Below are positions 9,979 through 19,880 of a DNA stretch of 64,000 bases, piece by piece (position 1 is the stretch's first letter; every line of letters starts with the position of its first letter). The notes beneath the pieces are model-generated. The model saw only the letters and a program-made list of their open reading frames with translations. It did no database searches and was not told where the DNA came from. The translations under genes and the position numbers were made by a program. The stretch is taken from the NCBI GenBank assembly GCA_963676905.2, contig CAXXVE010000002.1, forward strand, positions 241,761 through 305,760. Direction: 5' to 3'. Source of the DNA: Oceanispirochaeta sp. Its GTDB lineage: Bacteria; Spirochaetota; Spirochaetia; DSM-2461.

Positions 9979-10902
9979 TCAGGTTTCAAGAGTCCGGGGC
10001 TCTATATGGGCATAAAATATAAGATCATTGCCCAGGTTCTCCCTTATGAGCTCTTCCACCTGATGGGAAATTTCATGGCCTTTTTCGATTGTTATACCGG
10101 CATCCACCCGGATGTGAAGATCGATAACATACTGACATCCTACCTTTCTCGTCTTAAGATTGTGGGGACTGTACACCCCGGGGACGGAAGCTGCCAGAGT
10201 GATAATCTTTTCTGCTGTTTCCTCGGGGAGCGAGCGTTCAAGCAGCTCGTTCAGATTCTCTCTTACAATCTTAAGGGTCTCAAATATTATTATTCCTGAT
10301 ACAATCAGCCCCGCCGCCGGGTCCAGGATCACCCATTTTTCCCCGAGAACAATGGCTCCGCCCACACCAAGGGCGGTTCCTATGGATGAGAAGGCATCAG
10401 ACCGGTGATGGTAGGCGTTGGCGATTACAACTGAACTGTTGATTTTTTTGCCAGTTTTCAAGGTGGCGCGGAAGAGAATCTCCTTTGTTACAATGGACAC
10501 GACCGCCGCTGCAAGAGCGACAATTCCCGGGCTCTCAACGGATTTGCCCTGAAGGATTTCTATAATTTCCATAACGCTGGCGTATCCGATTCCGAAACCT
10601 ACGGCTCCCAGGACACCTCCGATCATCAGTGCACAGAGGGCTTCGAATTTTCCATGTCCGTAATTGTGGGAGGAGTCATTCGGTTTGGATGATATTAAGC
10701 TGCCGACTACGACAATGATGTCTGAAAAAAGATCAGACAGTGAATGGATTCCGTCAGAAACAATGGCCTGGCTTCTGCCTATAATTCCTGCCGCTATCTT
10801 GGCGATGCTTAGTAGAATGTTCAGCAGAGCTCCCACCGCAGTAATGCGGCTGCTCTCTTTTAGTCTTGTACCCGGCTTTGCGGCAGATTGATAAATGTTC
10901 AT
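9979..10902 (-). CDS. Cation diffusion facilitator (FieF-like) transporter
   Basis: SDGIHSLSD, HNYGHGKFE, NAYHHRSD, C-terminal DLHI..HIEP; likely start MNIYQ at 10902. Confidence 0.92.
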   Translation of the reverse strand: MNIYQSAAKPGTRLKESSRITAVGALLNILLSIAKIAAGIIGRSQAIVSDGIHSLSDLFSDIIVVVGSLISSKPNDSSHNYGHGKFEALCALMIGGVLGAVGFGIGYASVMEIIEILQGKSVESPGIVALAAAVVSIVTKEILFRATLKTGKKINSSVVIANAYHHRSDAFSSIGTALGVGGAIVLGEKWVILDPAAGLIVSGIIIFETLKIVRENLNELLERSLPEETAEKIITLAASVPGVYSPHNLKTRKVGCQYVIDLHIRVDAGITIEKGHEISHQVEELIRENLGNDLIFYAHIEPRTLET

Positions 10903-11143
10903 CTTCGTACCCTCATGATTTTCATAATGGCGGGTCCCACGAAGATTTCGCTGCAAATGCCCGGTCACTGCCTGTAAGACAGCACCTGATCCCTATAGGT
11001 TTAAGAATAATATCCTGAGCTGAATTATGTCAAGATTTGTATTGATTTGAAAATGTTGACTGATGCAGCCGGCGGCCTTAAGTTTAAACTATAGCGGTTA
11101 CCAAGATGTATTCTTTGAGGCGACTGCAACAGGAGAATCTTAT

Positions 11144-12412
11144 ATGCGCATACTGCATCTGGAAACCAGCTCATTTTTCAGGAAACTTGTTCAGAAAGGT
11201 ACTGATCTTCAGCATGAAGATTACTTCGGCTGTGATTCCATTGCGGAAGCCGTGCAGGTTCTGGAGTCGCAAAATATAGACCTGATTCTCACAGCCCAGG
11301 AGATGACCGACGGAACGGTAGAGAATTTCCTGAAGGACATCTCAGAAGGTTCGTTTAAGGACATTCCCATCATCATGCTCTCCTCGTCAAATGATATGGA
11401 GCTCCGGCGCCGGTATTTCGAGCTTGGAGTGATTGATTTTATCTCCAAGGATAACTTTTCCATCGAAAAACTGAAGGATCAGATCAGCGTGATGGAGAAG
11501 CAGGATGATCTTACAAGGGAACTTCAGCAGGCCTCTATTGCCATAGTGGATGACAGCCTCTTTATCCTGAAAGTGGTGCACAATATCCTTTCCCTCCAGA
11601 ATATTCAGAATGTAGATCTCTACAGAGATCCAAGAGACCTACTGGCCTCGGGTAAGAGCTATGATATCTATATGCTTGATATGTTTATGCCGGGAATGTC
11701 AGGAAAGCAGCTGACTATGGCCCTGAGAAATGAGAATACTATGGCGGTGATCATTATAATCTCATCCATGGACAGGGACAGCACCATTCTGCAGGCCCTT
11801 GAAGCCGGTGCTGATGATTATATTCTAAAGCCTTTTAATGCCGACCTCCTTTCGGCAAGGATCAGAAGCAGTTTTCGAAGTTTTATACTGATGCGCGAAC
11901 TGGAGCAGAAACGCAGAGAAATGGAGTATCTGGCTGTAACTGATGTGCTCACAGGTGCAAAGAACAGGCGTTCCATTCTACAGGTACTGGCGGATGAGAT
12001 TGAAAGTTCCAAAAAGACAGGTATCCCTTTTTCAGTACTCCTTCTGGATGTGGACAAATTCAAATCTGTAAATGATACCTACGGACACCCCGACGGAGAT
12101 ATAGTCCTGCAGCAGCTTTCCCGGTTCTTTCTTGAAAACTGCAGAGAGCAGGATTCCTTCGGCCGCTACGGGGGAGAGGAGTTTCTCCACATTATGTCTG
12201 CAACCCCTCTTGATGAGGCTCTTGAAATAAGTGAAAAGCTGAGGAAGGGGTTCAACAGCCTCTCCTTTGACGATATTGACCCAAAGCTTGTGATGAGCTT
12301 CAGCGGCGGCCTTGCCCAGTGGGAGAAGGAAGATGCCGATACCATCCTGTCGGAGATTGATAATCTTCTCTACGATGCCAAGAGCGGTGGAAGGAACAAT
12401 ATTCAGTCCTGA
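11144..12412 (+). CDS. REC-REC-GGDEF diguanylate cyclase
   Basis: Two receiver folds, DVLTG, RxxD I-site (REQD), RYGGEEF; SD aggag before ATG 11144. Confidence 0.9.
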   Translation: MRILHLETSSFFRKLVQKGTDLQHEDYFGCDSIAEAVQVLESQNIDLILTAQEMTDGTVENFLKDISEGSFKDIPIIMLSSSNDMELRRRYFELGVIDFISKDNFSIEKLKDQISVMEKQDDLTRELQQASIAIVDDSLFILKVVHNILSLQNIQNVDLYRDPRDLLASGKSYDIYMLDMFMPGMSGKQLTMALRNENTMAVIIIISSMDRDSTILQALEAGADDYILKPFNADLLSARIRSSFRSFILMRELEQKRREMEYLAVTDVLTGAKNRRSILQVLADEIESSKKTGIPFSVLLLDVDKFKSVNDTYGHPDGDIVLQQLSRFFLENCREQDSFGRYGGEEFLHIMSATPLDEALEISEKLRKGFNSLSFDDIDPKLVMSFSGGLAQWEKEDADTILSEIDNLLYDAKSGGRNNIQS

Positions 12413-12457
12413 TAATACTTTCTAAAGCAGCTTCAGAATCCTCTTCCCCCTGATACC

Positions 12458-13450
12458 TTAATTATCAATTATGACACCGAAGAGGTTGTACTGCTTATTC
12501 GGGTCAGTGGGCGGCTCCGAAAAAGCCTGAAAAAGGATGGATTCAAAGTCGTCTGTTATACCAGGCAAAAGGGCGTTCACTCTGTCCATGTTTCTGTTTA
12601 TTGCCTCCTCCAGAGACTCCTTTTCAAGTTCCACACCGGTAACAAATTTGATAGTAGGCATGATGGGGGAATCGGGGACGGAATTGATATCCAGATTGTA
12701 TATTTCTATCTCGTCACTGATTCTTATTGGAAAAATATTATCACTTTGAAATTTCTGTATCAGGTTTTGTACTTCTTGCCTGTACTGATCTTCATCCCTG
12801 TACTGAAGAAAATCAGCAGGCCTGATTATCTTCATCAGGGCAATAGAGTAGAACAGGGCCGATCCTGTATTTCCGTTTTTCTGCGATGTGAGGAGGTTCT
12901 CATAGAGCACCGGCGGAGTCATATCGCCCATACTGTAGTTTCCAACATGGAAGTTTGTTATTTTCCATCCATCGCTGTATCTGTTGAAGTAAATATAGAT
13001 AAGCAGCCGTACCCCTTCGTTTGCGGACCTGTAAAGGAGGGCATAGGATTCATCTGTTTCAAAGAGGGCCTGATTTATGATTAATCCATTGCCTGCAGGG
13101 AAGATTGTGGCATTGGTTACTTCTCCGAGTTTTCTGATCCTGCTGTGATACTGATAGAAGAGCTCCAGATCCGCATTTGAAATGTAGCTGTGAATCTGCT
13201 TACCAAAGTTCTCAGGATCAAATCCGGCAGCATTCAGCAGGGATTCAGAGTAGTAGGCGGTTCCGGAGGCATAGTTCTCATTGACAATGCTGTCCAGCAG
13301 GTCTGCTCCAATTCCTGAAAGCTCACTTTGAAGTGATTCTTCAATTTCCTCATTGTGTTTTGTTACAAGGGTGAAGGTTCCTGCAAAAATACTGTACCCC
13401 TGAAACAGGATAAGAAATGCTGTCAGCGCTGCCCGATTGTTACGTACCAT
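12458..13450 (-). CDS. Hypothetical secreted protein
   Basis: 330-aa ORF with a signal-peptide-like N-terminus; no motif recognised. Confidence 0.7.
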   Translation of the reverse strand: MVRNNRAALTAFLILFQGYSIFAGTFTLVTKHNEEIEESLQSELSGIGADLLDSIVNENYASGTAYYSESLLNAAGFDPENFGKQIHSYISNADLELFYQYHSRIRKLGEVTNATIFPAGNGLIINQALFETDESYALLYRSANEGVRLLIYIYFNRYSDGWKITNFHVGNYSMGDMTPPVLYENLLTSQKNGNTGSALFYSIALMKIIRPADFLQYRDEDQYRQEVQNLIQKFQSDNIFPIRISDEIEIYNLDINSVPDSPIMPTIKFVTGVELEKESLEEAINRNMDRVNALLPGITDDFESILFQAFSEPPTDPNKQYNLFGVIIDN

Positions 13451-13579
13451 GTTCTATTCCTTTTATGCATGCCTGCTTTTAAAGTAAAATGATGTTCATA
13501 ATTACGACAGCATTCTATCATCCTTTCACATCTCAGTCAGAAAAAAAATAATTATTACTGAAATAGAAATGATTTTCAG

Positions 13580-13626
13580 TTGACATCCGTACAATGTACG
13601 ATTACATTTAATAGTACATCGTACGA
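13580..13626 (+). promoter_or_regulatory. Promoter TTGACA-17-TACATT with operator palindrome CGTACA-A-TGTACG (13588-13600) and a second degenerate copy
   Basis: Perfect palindrome in the promoter spacer; agtacatcgtacga at about 13613-13626. Confidence 0.75.
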
Positions 13627-13659
13627 AAGATGTATTGAACCGTTTTACAGGGAGAATAA

Positions 13660-14307
13660 ATGGCAAGGAAAAGATCCGGTGAATTAACACAGAACAGAAT
13701 ACTCACAGCCGCTGTTCTCCTGACAGACAGAATCGGAATCGACTCCTTCTCCATCCGTAAGCTTGCAGATGAACTGAACGCGGGCACCATGTCGGTCTAT
13801 TACTATTTCAACTCCAAAGAGGCACTGATTGATGGAATGGTGGATGAGATTTTCGGTGAAATTGAACTTCCCTCCGAGTCCGACCACTGGAAGAAGGCCA
13901 TCAGACGGCGCTGTGAATCGGCACGGGACGTTTTGAACCGGCACAAATGGGCGTCTCCTTTTATGGAATCCCGTAAAAATCCCGGGCCCAGGACTCTGAA
14001 GCACCACGACTCTGTGATCGGATGCTATTTGAAGGCCGGATTCTCTCTGGCACTGACGGCGAAGGCCGTTGCAGTGACTGATGCCTTTGTTTACGGCTTT
14101 GCCCTGCAGGAGGCCAGCCTTCCCGGGGGAGGAGGGGACGAGATGATTGAGATGGGCAGGGAGATGGCAAAGGGCCCTTTTCTGAGTTACCCCAATCTTA
14201 TGGAGCTGACAGGGTATACCTTTACCAAGGAGTACCGCTTCAGTGATACCTTTGACTACGGCCTAAACCTTATACTGAACTCTCTTGAAAGAGAGTCGGA
14301 GTCCTGA
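13660..14307 (+). CDS. TetR family regulator (TetR_C type)
   Basis: FSIRKLADELNAGTMSVYYYFNSKEAL HTH; FDYGLNLIL C-terminus. Confidence 0.92.
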   Translation: MARKRSGELTQNRILTAAVLLTDRIGIDSFSIRKLADELNAGTMSVYYYFNSKEALIDGMVDEIFGEIELPSESDHWKKAIRRRCESARDVLNRHKWASPFMESRKNPGPRTLKHHDSVIGCYLKAGFSLALTAKAVAVTDAFVYGFALQEASLPGGGGDEMIEMGREMAKGPFLSYPNLMELTGYTFTKEYRFSDTFDYGLNLILNSLERESES

Positions 14308-14325
14308 CCTTTTTTTTAAACAGAT

Positions 14326-14340
14326 TCGTACATTGTACGA
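14326..14340. promoter_or_regulatory. Second TetR operator palindrome TCGTACA-T-TGTACGA
   Basis: Perfect 15-bp palindrome matching the 13588 site, between tetR and the membrane gene. Confidence 0.75.
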
Positions 14341-14360
14341 AAAATTTTGAAGGAGTTTAA

Positions 14361-15062
14361 ATGAACGAGAACAGAATGGAGGGCATCTCCCTCCGCAAAG
14401 CGTCAATAATCGCCGGTATCGGCTATGTAAGCCTCTTTATACTGGCTGTGTTTGCAAACTTTATGGTCAAGGAGGGGTTGATCATCCCCGGGAATATTTC
14501 GGCAACCGCCGGTAACATCCTGGAGCATGAAACCCTTTTCCGTGGGGGTATGGTAAGCTTTCTCCTTGTCTTCCTCATCGATGTTTTTGTGGCCTGGGGG
14601 CTGTATGTCCTTTTCCGTCCGGTTCAGGCTGATCTCTCCCTTCTGGCTGCATGGCTCAGGATTGTCTATACAGTATTTCTGGGGGTGGCTCTTGTGTTCT
14701 ACTTTCAGGCCCTTCAGTATCTGGGGGGAGGGATGGAGGTCCTCGGCAGAAGTGCGCAGGAGGCTCATGCCGTTGTCTCTCTGGACTCCTTCAACTCAGT
14801 ATGGCTGATCGGACTGACAGCCTTCGGGCTTCACCTTGTCGTTCTGGGCGGGATGATCGTAAAGTCAAAGGCGGCCCCCCGTGTACTGGGGATCATCCTC
14901 ATAACCGCGGGTACCGCCTATGTTCTGGACACGGCGGCCCATACGGTTCTGGCTGATTACAGGAGTATTGCAGGAATCATGACGGCCATAGTGGCCATAC
15001 CTTCTGTTCTGGCGGAAGGCTGGTTCGGAATATGGCTGCTTGTAAGGGGTGGACGGAAGTAG
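14361..15062 (+). CDS. DUF4386-like multi-pass membrane protein
   Basis: About 6 TM helices; DVFVAWGLYVLFRPV..LSLLAAWLR and EGWFGIWLLVRG. Confidence 0.75.
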   Translation: MNENRMEGISLRKASIIAGIGYVSLFILAVFANFMVKEGLIIPGNISATAGNILEHETLFRGGMVSFLLVFLIDVFVAWGLYVLFRPVQADLSLLAAWLRIVYTVFLGVALVFYFQALQYLGGGMEVLGRSAQEAHAVVSLDSFNSVWLIGLTAFGLHLVVLGGMIVKSKAAPRVLGIILITAGTAYVLDTAAHTVLADYRSIAGIMTAIVAIPSVLAEGWFGIWLLVRGGRK

Positions 15063-15203
15063 GGGTGTCCCTGTGCCCCTGTGTCCCTGTGCCCCAGTAA
15101 AAGAGATCTATTCCCAAGCAGGGGAAATAAGGTTACTCTTAACTGAAATCCACCCGGGGACGATCAGAAATATGCAGTCAGTAAAGGTACTCAGGATGAA
15201 AAC

Positions 15204-16235
15204 ATGGCCATAACAATCTCGGATATTGCAAAAGAGGCGGGGGTGTCGAAGGCGACAGTTTCAAGAGTCCTTTCCGGATCATCCAGTGTGCGCCCCGAGG
15301 TCCGCAGCAGGATTCAGGAGATCATTGACAGGCACGGTTATATTCCCAACAGATTTGCCCAGAGCCTGGCGGGAAACTCCAAGAAGGTTATCGGTCTTGT
15401 TATTGAAGAGCTGACCAATGATTTTTATCTTGAGATTGCTGATTCCTTCGACCGCATTGTAAGTGCCAGCGGATACACTCTTAATCTGGCCAGTTCCAGG
15501 TGGAGCGAAGAGTATGAGCTTCGGATTGTCCGTGACATGATAAGCAGTCAGGTTGAGGGTATCGTAATTGCTCCGACAAGGGAGGACTCTCCGGGAATCA
15601 AGCTTCTGAAGAAGTCCGGGGTCAAGTTTATCATTATGAACCTGAAGCCTGAAAACAGTGACCTTCCCTACGTGTGTTCGGACAACAGAGCCGGAGGTGA
15701 GATCGCCGCCCGGTGCATCAATACTCTTGGCAGGAAAATCAATCTTCTTGTAACAGGATATCAGAACAGCACTCTGGAGGACCGGATTCAGGGATTCCGG
15801 GAGTCCTATAATCTTTCCGTTCCCTTTTTTCACTACAGGGATATCAATCTGATGGGGGATGGAGCGGAGCTTGCAGAGAATCTCATTCATATTCATGATT
15901 TCAAGAAGGAGGCCGGTTCCATTTTCGTCACCAATGACAATGCCGCCATCGGACTGGAGTCGGGATTCCTGAAACTCGGCATCCGGATTCCTGAAGAGCT
16001 TGCCATCCTGGGGTATGACAACACAAGCAGGTCATCCATCTGCAGGGTTCCCCTGACCACAGTCTCCCAGGAGCTTCCGGCCTATGGACGAGTACTTGCA
16101 TACAAACTCATGAACCTTATCGAGCTCGATTCCTGCGATCTCCCGGGGATCAGTCTGCCGCCGAAGATTGTTCTGCGGGAATCAATGCCTCTGCCTGCGG
16201 GCACCTTTACTGACGAGCTTCTTGCGGCGGATTGA
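15204..16235 (+). CDS. LacI family regulator
   Basis: TISDIAKEAGVSKATVSRVL; sugar-binding domain ending PKIVLRES. Confidence 0.95.
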   Translation: MAITISDIAKEAGVSKATVSRVLSGSSSVRPEVRSRIQEIIDRHGYIPNRFAQSLAGNSKKVIGLVIEELTNDFYLEIADSFDRIVSASGYTLNLASSRWSEEYELRIVRDMISSQVEGIVIAPTREDSPGIKLLKKSGVKFIIMNLKPENSDLPYVCSDNRAGGEIAARCINTLGRKINLLVTGYQNSTLEDRIQGFRESYNLSVPFFHYRDINLMGDGAELAENLIHIHDFKKEAGSIFVTNDNAAIGLESGFLKLGIRIPEELAILGYDNTSRSSICRVPLTTVSQELPAYGRVLAYKLMNLIELDSCDLPGISLPPKIVLRESMPLPAGTFTDELLAAD

Positions 16236-16263
16236 TTGTTGCCTGAACCGTCAGGGGGATGAC

Positions 16264-16294
16264 AAAAAAACCGGCCCTTTCGGACCGGCTTCTT
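16264..16294. terminator. Bidirectional terminator between lacI and the binding-protein gene
   Basis: A7-ccggccc tttc ggaccgg-cttctt between convergent genes. Confidence 0.7.
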
Positions 16295-16313
16295 ACTTAC
16301 CTTACTCTAAAGA

Positions 16314-17240
16314 TCAGAGTTTATCTTTTGTAAGTACTGATACACCTGTATCAACATACTCGGCTTCAAGAGTTTTACCATCAAGAATCTGTACAGCTGA
16401 CATCATTCCTTCGTAACCCATTACATCGGGGTTCTGTGCCATTGTAGCCAGAAGATATCCGTTCTTTACAAGGCTGAGAATCATATCAGACTTGTCAAAA
16501 CCCACTCCGACTACCTCTTTTCCGGCTTCCTGAATGGCGTTTCCTGTTCCTACGGTACAACCTTCGTTGGCACCGAAGATTCCTACACATCCCAGAGTGA
16601 TGTAGTTGGCTGCAATATCCTTGGATCTGGCGGCATCACCGTCGGAGTACTGTGTCTCCTGAATGCTGAAACCGGTTCCCTTGAAGGCTTCTCTGAAGCC
16701 TGCCTCTCTGGCAGTGGTACTGGCAGTGGCGGCATTTGTATTTACAATTCCGAGGCTTCCGGAGGTGATTCCCTTGGCTTTCAGTGCGTTCAGCATTTCT
16801 GTTCCAGCTGTTTTTCCGGCGGCTTTATTGTCAGTCGCAAGTGTCTGGTAGGCAGGGTAGTCTGCAGCAGAGTCAACATATACAATTTTGACACCTGAGT
16901 CGCTTGCTTCCTTCAGGGCGCTTGTTACGGCTGTGGGGCCGTTGGCTGCCAGAAGAATAACATCGGCTCCGGCGGCAACAGCATTGTTGATCATTTCAAT
17001 CTGTTTTGCATCGTCCTTTACATCGGGAGCCATCCATCTGTAAGTTACATTTCCAAGTTCCGCGACCGCTTTCTGGCAGCCTGCATCCACGTTCACCCAG
17101 TGCTGGTCCATCTGGTCCATTGTGATCAGGAATACTCTGTAGTTTCCCTCATCTGCGGCATCTCCGCTTCCATTTGCAAAAACAAAACCGCTGATGCTGA
17201 CTAACAGCAAGACAAAAAGAATCCTTTTCATTTGTTTCAT
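16314..17240 (-). CDS. CUT2 sugar ABC transporter substrate-binding protein
   Basis: RbsB-like fold (VYVDS, ATDNKAAG, GFD..QNPDVMGY); signal ending VFANGS. Confidence 0.9.
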   Translation of the reverse strand: MKQMKRILFVLLLVSISGFVFANGSGDAADEGNYRVFLITMDQMDQHWVNVDAGCQKAVAELGNVTYRWMAPDVKDDAKQIEMINNAVAAGADVILLAANGPTAVTSALKEASDSGVKIVYVDSAADYPAYQTLATDNKAAGKTAGTEMLNALKAKGITSGSLGIVNTNAATASTTAREAGFREAFKGTGFSIQETQYSDGDAARSKDIAANYITLGCVGIFGANEGCTVGTGNAIQEAGKEVVGVGFDKSDMILSLVKNGYLLATMAQNPDVMGYEGMMSAVQILDGKTLEAEYVDTGVSVLTKDKL

Positions 17241-17292
17241 TTCTAAATTCCTCCGATATTTTTTTCGCGGCCAGGCCGCGGTATAACCTTAT

Positions 17293-18303
17293 TTATTTGT
17301 CATCCTTTATTTTTTTGAATGACCCAGACCGGACAACAATGTCCAGAAGAACGCTGACTACAACGATGATTCCTATGATGATGTTTCTAATGGCCACAGG
17401 GGCGCCGGCAAACTGAAGTCCGTTCTGAAGAACTCCCCAGATGGATGCACCAATAACAGTTCCCAGAAGGAGTCCCTGTCCTCCCAGAGTCGAGACACCG
17501 CCGATAACTGATGCGGCAACGGCGTAAAGCTCATAGGTGTTTCCGGCGTCCATTGCTCCCATTCCGCTTGTGGCGCAGAAGATAAGACCGACAACGGTGG
17601 CGCAGAAGGCACTGACCAGATAGGCTTTTGTAATCACAGCCACCGTATTTACTCCTGAGAGTTTAGAGGCTTCAAGGTTGGAACCTACTGCGTATATATG
17701 GCGCCCTGTTCGGGTCCGGTTGAGGATGAAGTTGAATATCACCCACAGGACCAGACCTATCCAGATCGTGTTGAAGACATTGAAGGTCCGTCCGTAGTAG
17801 AAAAAGTCCCTGAAACCCTGAGCCGCTTCACCGATGGAGTCGGTGTTGTAGTTATTGTTTGCAATCTGGGCAATTCCTCTGGCGATGGTCATTGTTCCAA
17901 GAGTCGCAATAAATGCAGGCAGCTTGCAGAGCGAGATAAGAAGACCGTTTCCGAGGCCTACAAGAAGGCAGCAGACCAGTGTTATAAGTACGGCAGTCCA
18001 GGGATTGACTCCCCGGGTCATCAGGGTCGCGCTTATCATCGTAGACATACCGATTACCGATCCGATGGACAGGTCAATGTTCCCTGTTATCAGTACATAG
18101 GACTGGCCGATTCCAATAAGAAGAATCGGAGCGATCTGTCTGAGCAGGTTGCTTATATTTTTGCTTGAAAAGAATATCGGATTCAGTATGCCGAAAACGA
18201 TGCAGAGAATGATTAAACCGATGCTGACTGTGAGGACCTGTCCCATTCCTCTGACCGACATCATTCTTTTCCAGAAACTCCAGTGTTTACCCTGTTCTAT
18301 CAT
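17293..18303 (-). CDS. CUT2 sugar ABC permease
   Basis: IDLSIGS, PAFIATLGTM, AVGSNLEASKLSGV, YELYAVAASVIGG. Confidence 0.93.
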   Translation of the reverse strand: MIEQGKHWSFWKRMMSVRGMGQVLTVSIGLIILCIVFGILNPIFFSSKNISNLLRQIAPILLIGIGQSYVLITGNIDLSIGSVIGMSTMISATLMTRGVNPWTAVLITLVCCLLVGLGNGLLISLCKLPAFIATLGTMTIARGIAQIANNNYNTDSIGEAAQGFRDFFYYGRTFNVFNTIWIGLVLWVIFNFILNRTRTGRHIYAVGSNLEASKLSGVNTVAVITKAYLVSAFCATVVGLIFCATSGMGAMDAGNTYELYAVAASVIGGVSTLGGQGLLLGTVIGASIWGVLQNGLQFAGAPVAIRNIIIGIIVVVSVLLDIVVRSGSFKKIKDDK

Positions 18304-18328
18304 AAAAAATCCAACCTTTTATTTCGTT

Positions 18329-19855
18329 CTATATTTTCTGTTCGAACCGTGTTGCCGATTCCATAACTTTTTCCTGGGTTACTTCGTCAGACATATACTC
18401 ACCGGTTATTCTTCCGTTGCACATGACTACGACTCTGTCGGCAATGCCTATGATTTCAGGCAGTTCTGATGATACGAAGAGGACTCCGATGCCCTTTTCC
18501 TTCAGCTCATTCATCAGATTGTAGATTTCAACTTTTGCCGCTACATCGATGCCTCTTGTGGGCTCGTCAAACATAACAACTTTGCTTTGCCGGGCGAGCC
18601 ATTTTCCGACAACAATCTTCTGCTGGTTGCCTCCGGACAGGCTGGCTGCCGGATTCTCCTGGCTGGACATTTTCACCGAAAAAATCTCTTTGGTCGTCTC
18701 AACCATTTCCCGCTCTCTGGATCTGTTTACAACACCGAGAGGATTGCAGAGGATATCCAGATTGGGAAGGGCAATGTTTTCCCTTATTGAAAGTTTTGTG
18801 CAGAGACCGTCCTTCTTCCTGTCTTCCGGGGCAAGGACAATACCCCTGCGGATAGCTTCGGCGGGAGAGTTGATGGATATCTCTTTCCCGTCCAGGTACA
18901 GCTCACCCGAGTCCTTGCGGTCTACACCGAAGATGGCTCTTGTCATTTCAGTCCGGCCGGCTCCCATCAGTCCGGCAAAGCCTATAATCTCTCCGGCATT
19001 GACCTTGAACGAGACGTCCTTGACCATCTTGCCGGCATTCAGATTCTTCACTTCAAATATTGTTTTTCCCTTCTTTACCGAGACTCTGGGAAACTGGTCG
19101 CTGATCTCACGCCCAACCATGTGGCTTATGATCTGATCCATTGTAAAATCACTGAAGTCGCCCCGGGTGATGAACTTGCCGTCCCTCATGATGGTGACCC
19201 TGTCCACAATATGCTTCAGCTCATCCAGCCTGTGGCTGATGTAGACAATACCGTGTCCCTGCTCCTTGAGGCGTCTGATAATCAGAAAGAGATCTTCTAT
19301 CTCTTTGTTTGTAAGGGCGCTGGTGGGTTCATCCATTATCAGAATCTTTGCATTGCTTGAAAGGGCTTTGGCTATTTCAACCATCTGCTGCATGGATACA
19401 GGAAGATCCCCCACCAGGGTATCGATGTCCAGGTCAATCTGAAGCTCTTCAAGTACTTTGACGGCTTCCTCTCTCATCCTGTGATTGTTCAGGACTCCGC
19501 CCATTCTGACGTTTTCCTTTCCAAGGAAAATGTTCTCCGCAACAGAAAGGTGGGGACACATATTCAGTTCCTGGTGAATTATAGCCACACCCAGCTGTTC
19601 GGCAGTCTTGGGCGAAATATCTTCGACGGTGTTTCCAAATAGGTTGATTGTTCCCTTGTCTTTGGTATAAACACCGCTGAGAATCTTTACGAGTGTTGAT
19701 TTACCGGCTCCGTTTTCTCCAAGCAGGGCCATGACTTCACCGGAACAAAGTTCGAAGGAAACATTGTCCAGAGCTTTTACTCCGGGAAAGCTCTTTGAGA
19801 TGTTTTCCATCTGTACAATTTTTTCATTCATGTAATCAGTTAAATGCCGGTTCAC
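18329..19855 (-). CDS. CUT2 sugar ABC ATP-binding protein, two NBDs (alternative start at 19831)
   Basis: GENGAGKST, ILIMDEPT, LSGGNQQK, MFDEPTRGID. Confidence 0.95.
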   Translation of the reverse strand: MNRHLTDYMNEKIVQMENISKSFPGVKALDNVSFELCSGEVMALLGENGAGKSTLVKILSGVYTKDKGTINLFGNTVEDISPKTAEQLGVAIIHQELNMCPHLSVAENIFLGKENVRMGGVLNNHRMREEAVKVLEELQIDLDIDTLVGDLPVSMQQMVEIAKALSSNAKILIMDEPTSALTNKEIEDLFLIIRRLKEQGHGIVYISHRLDELKHIVDRVTIMRDGKFITRGDFSDFTMDQIISHMVGREISDQFPRVSVKKGKTIFEVKNLNAGKMVKDVSFKVNAGEIIGFAGLMGAGRTEMTRAIFGVDRKDSGELYLDGKEISINSPAEAIRRGIVLAPEDRKKDGLCTKLSIRENIALPNLDILCNPLGVVNRSREREMVETTKEIFSVKMSSQENPAASLSGGNQQKIVVGKWLARQSKVVMFDEPTRGIDVAAKVEIYNLMNELKEKGIGVLFVSSELPEIIGIADRVVVMCNGRITGEYMSDEVTQEKVMESATRFEQKI

Positions 19856-19880
19856 AGATCTGTAAAGGAGGATGGATTTA

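Noticed and set aside
15065-15095. 16-bp tandem duplication gtgtccctgtgcccc(t)
   Set aside because: Only two units with no spacers; probably replication slippage, not CRISPR.
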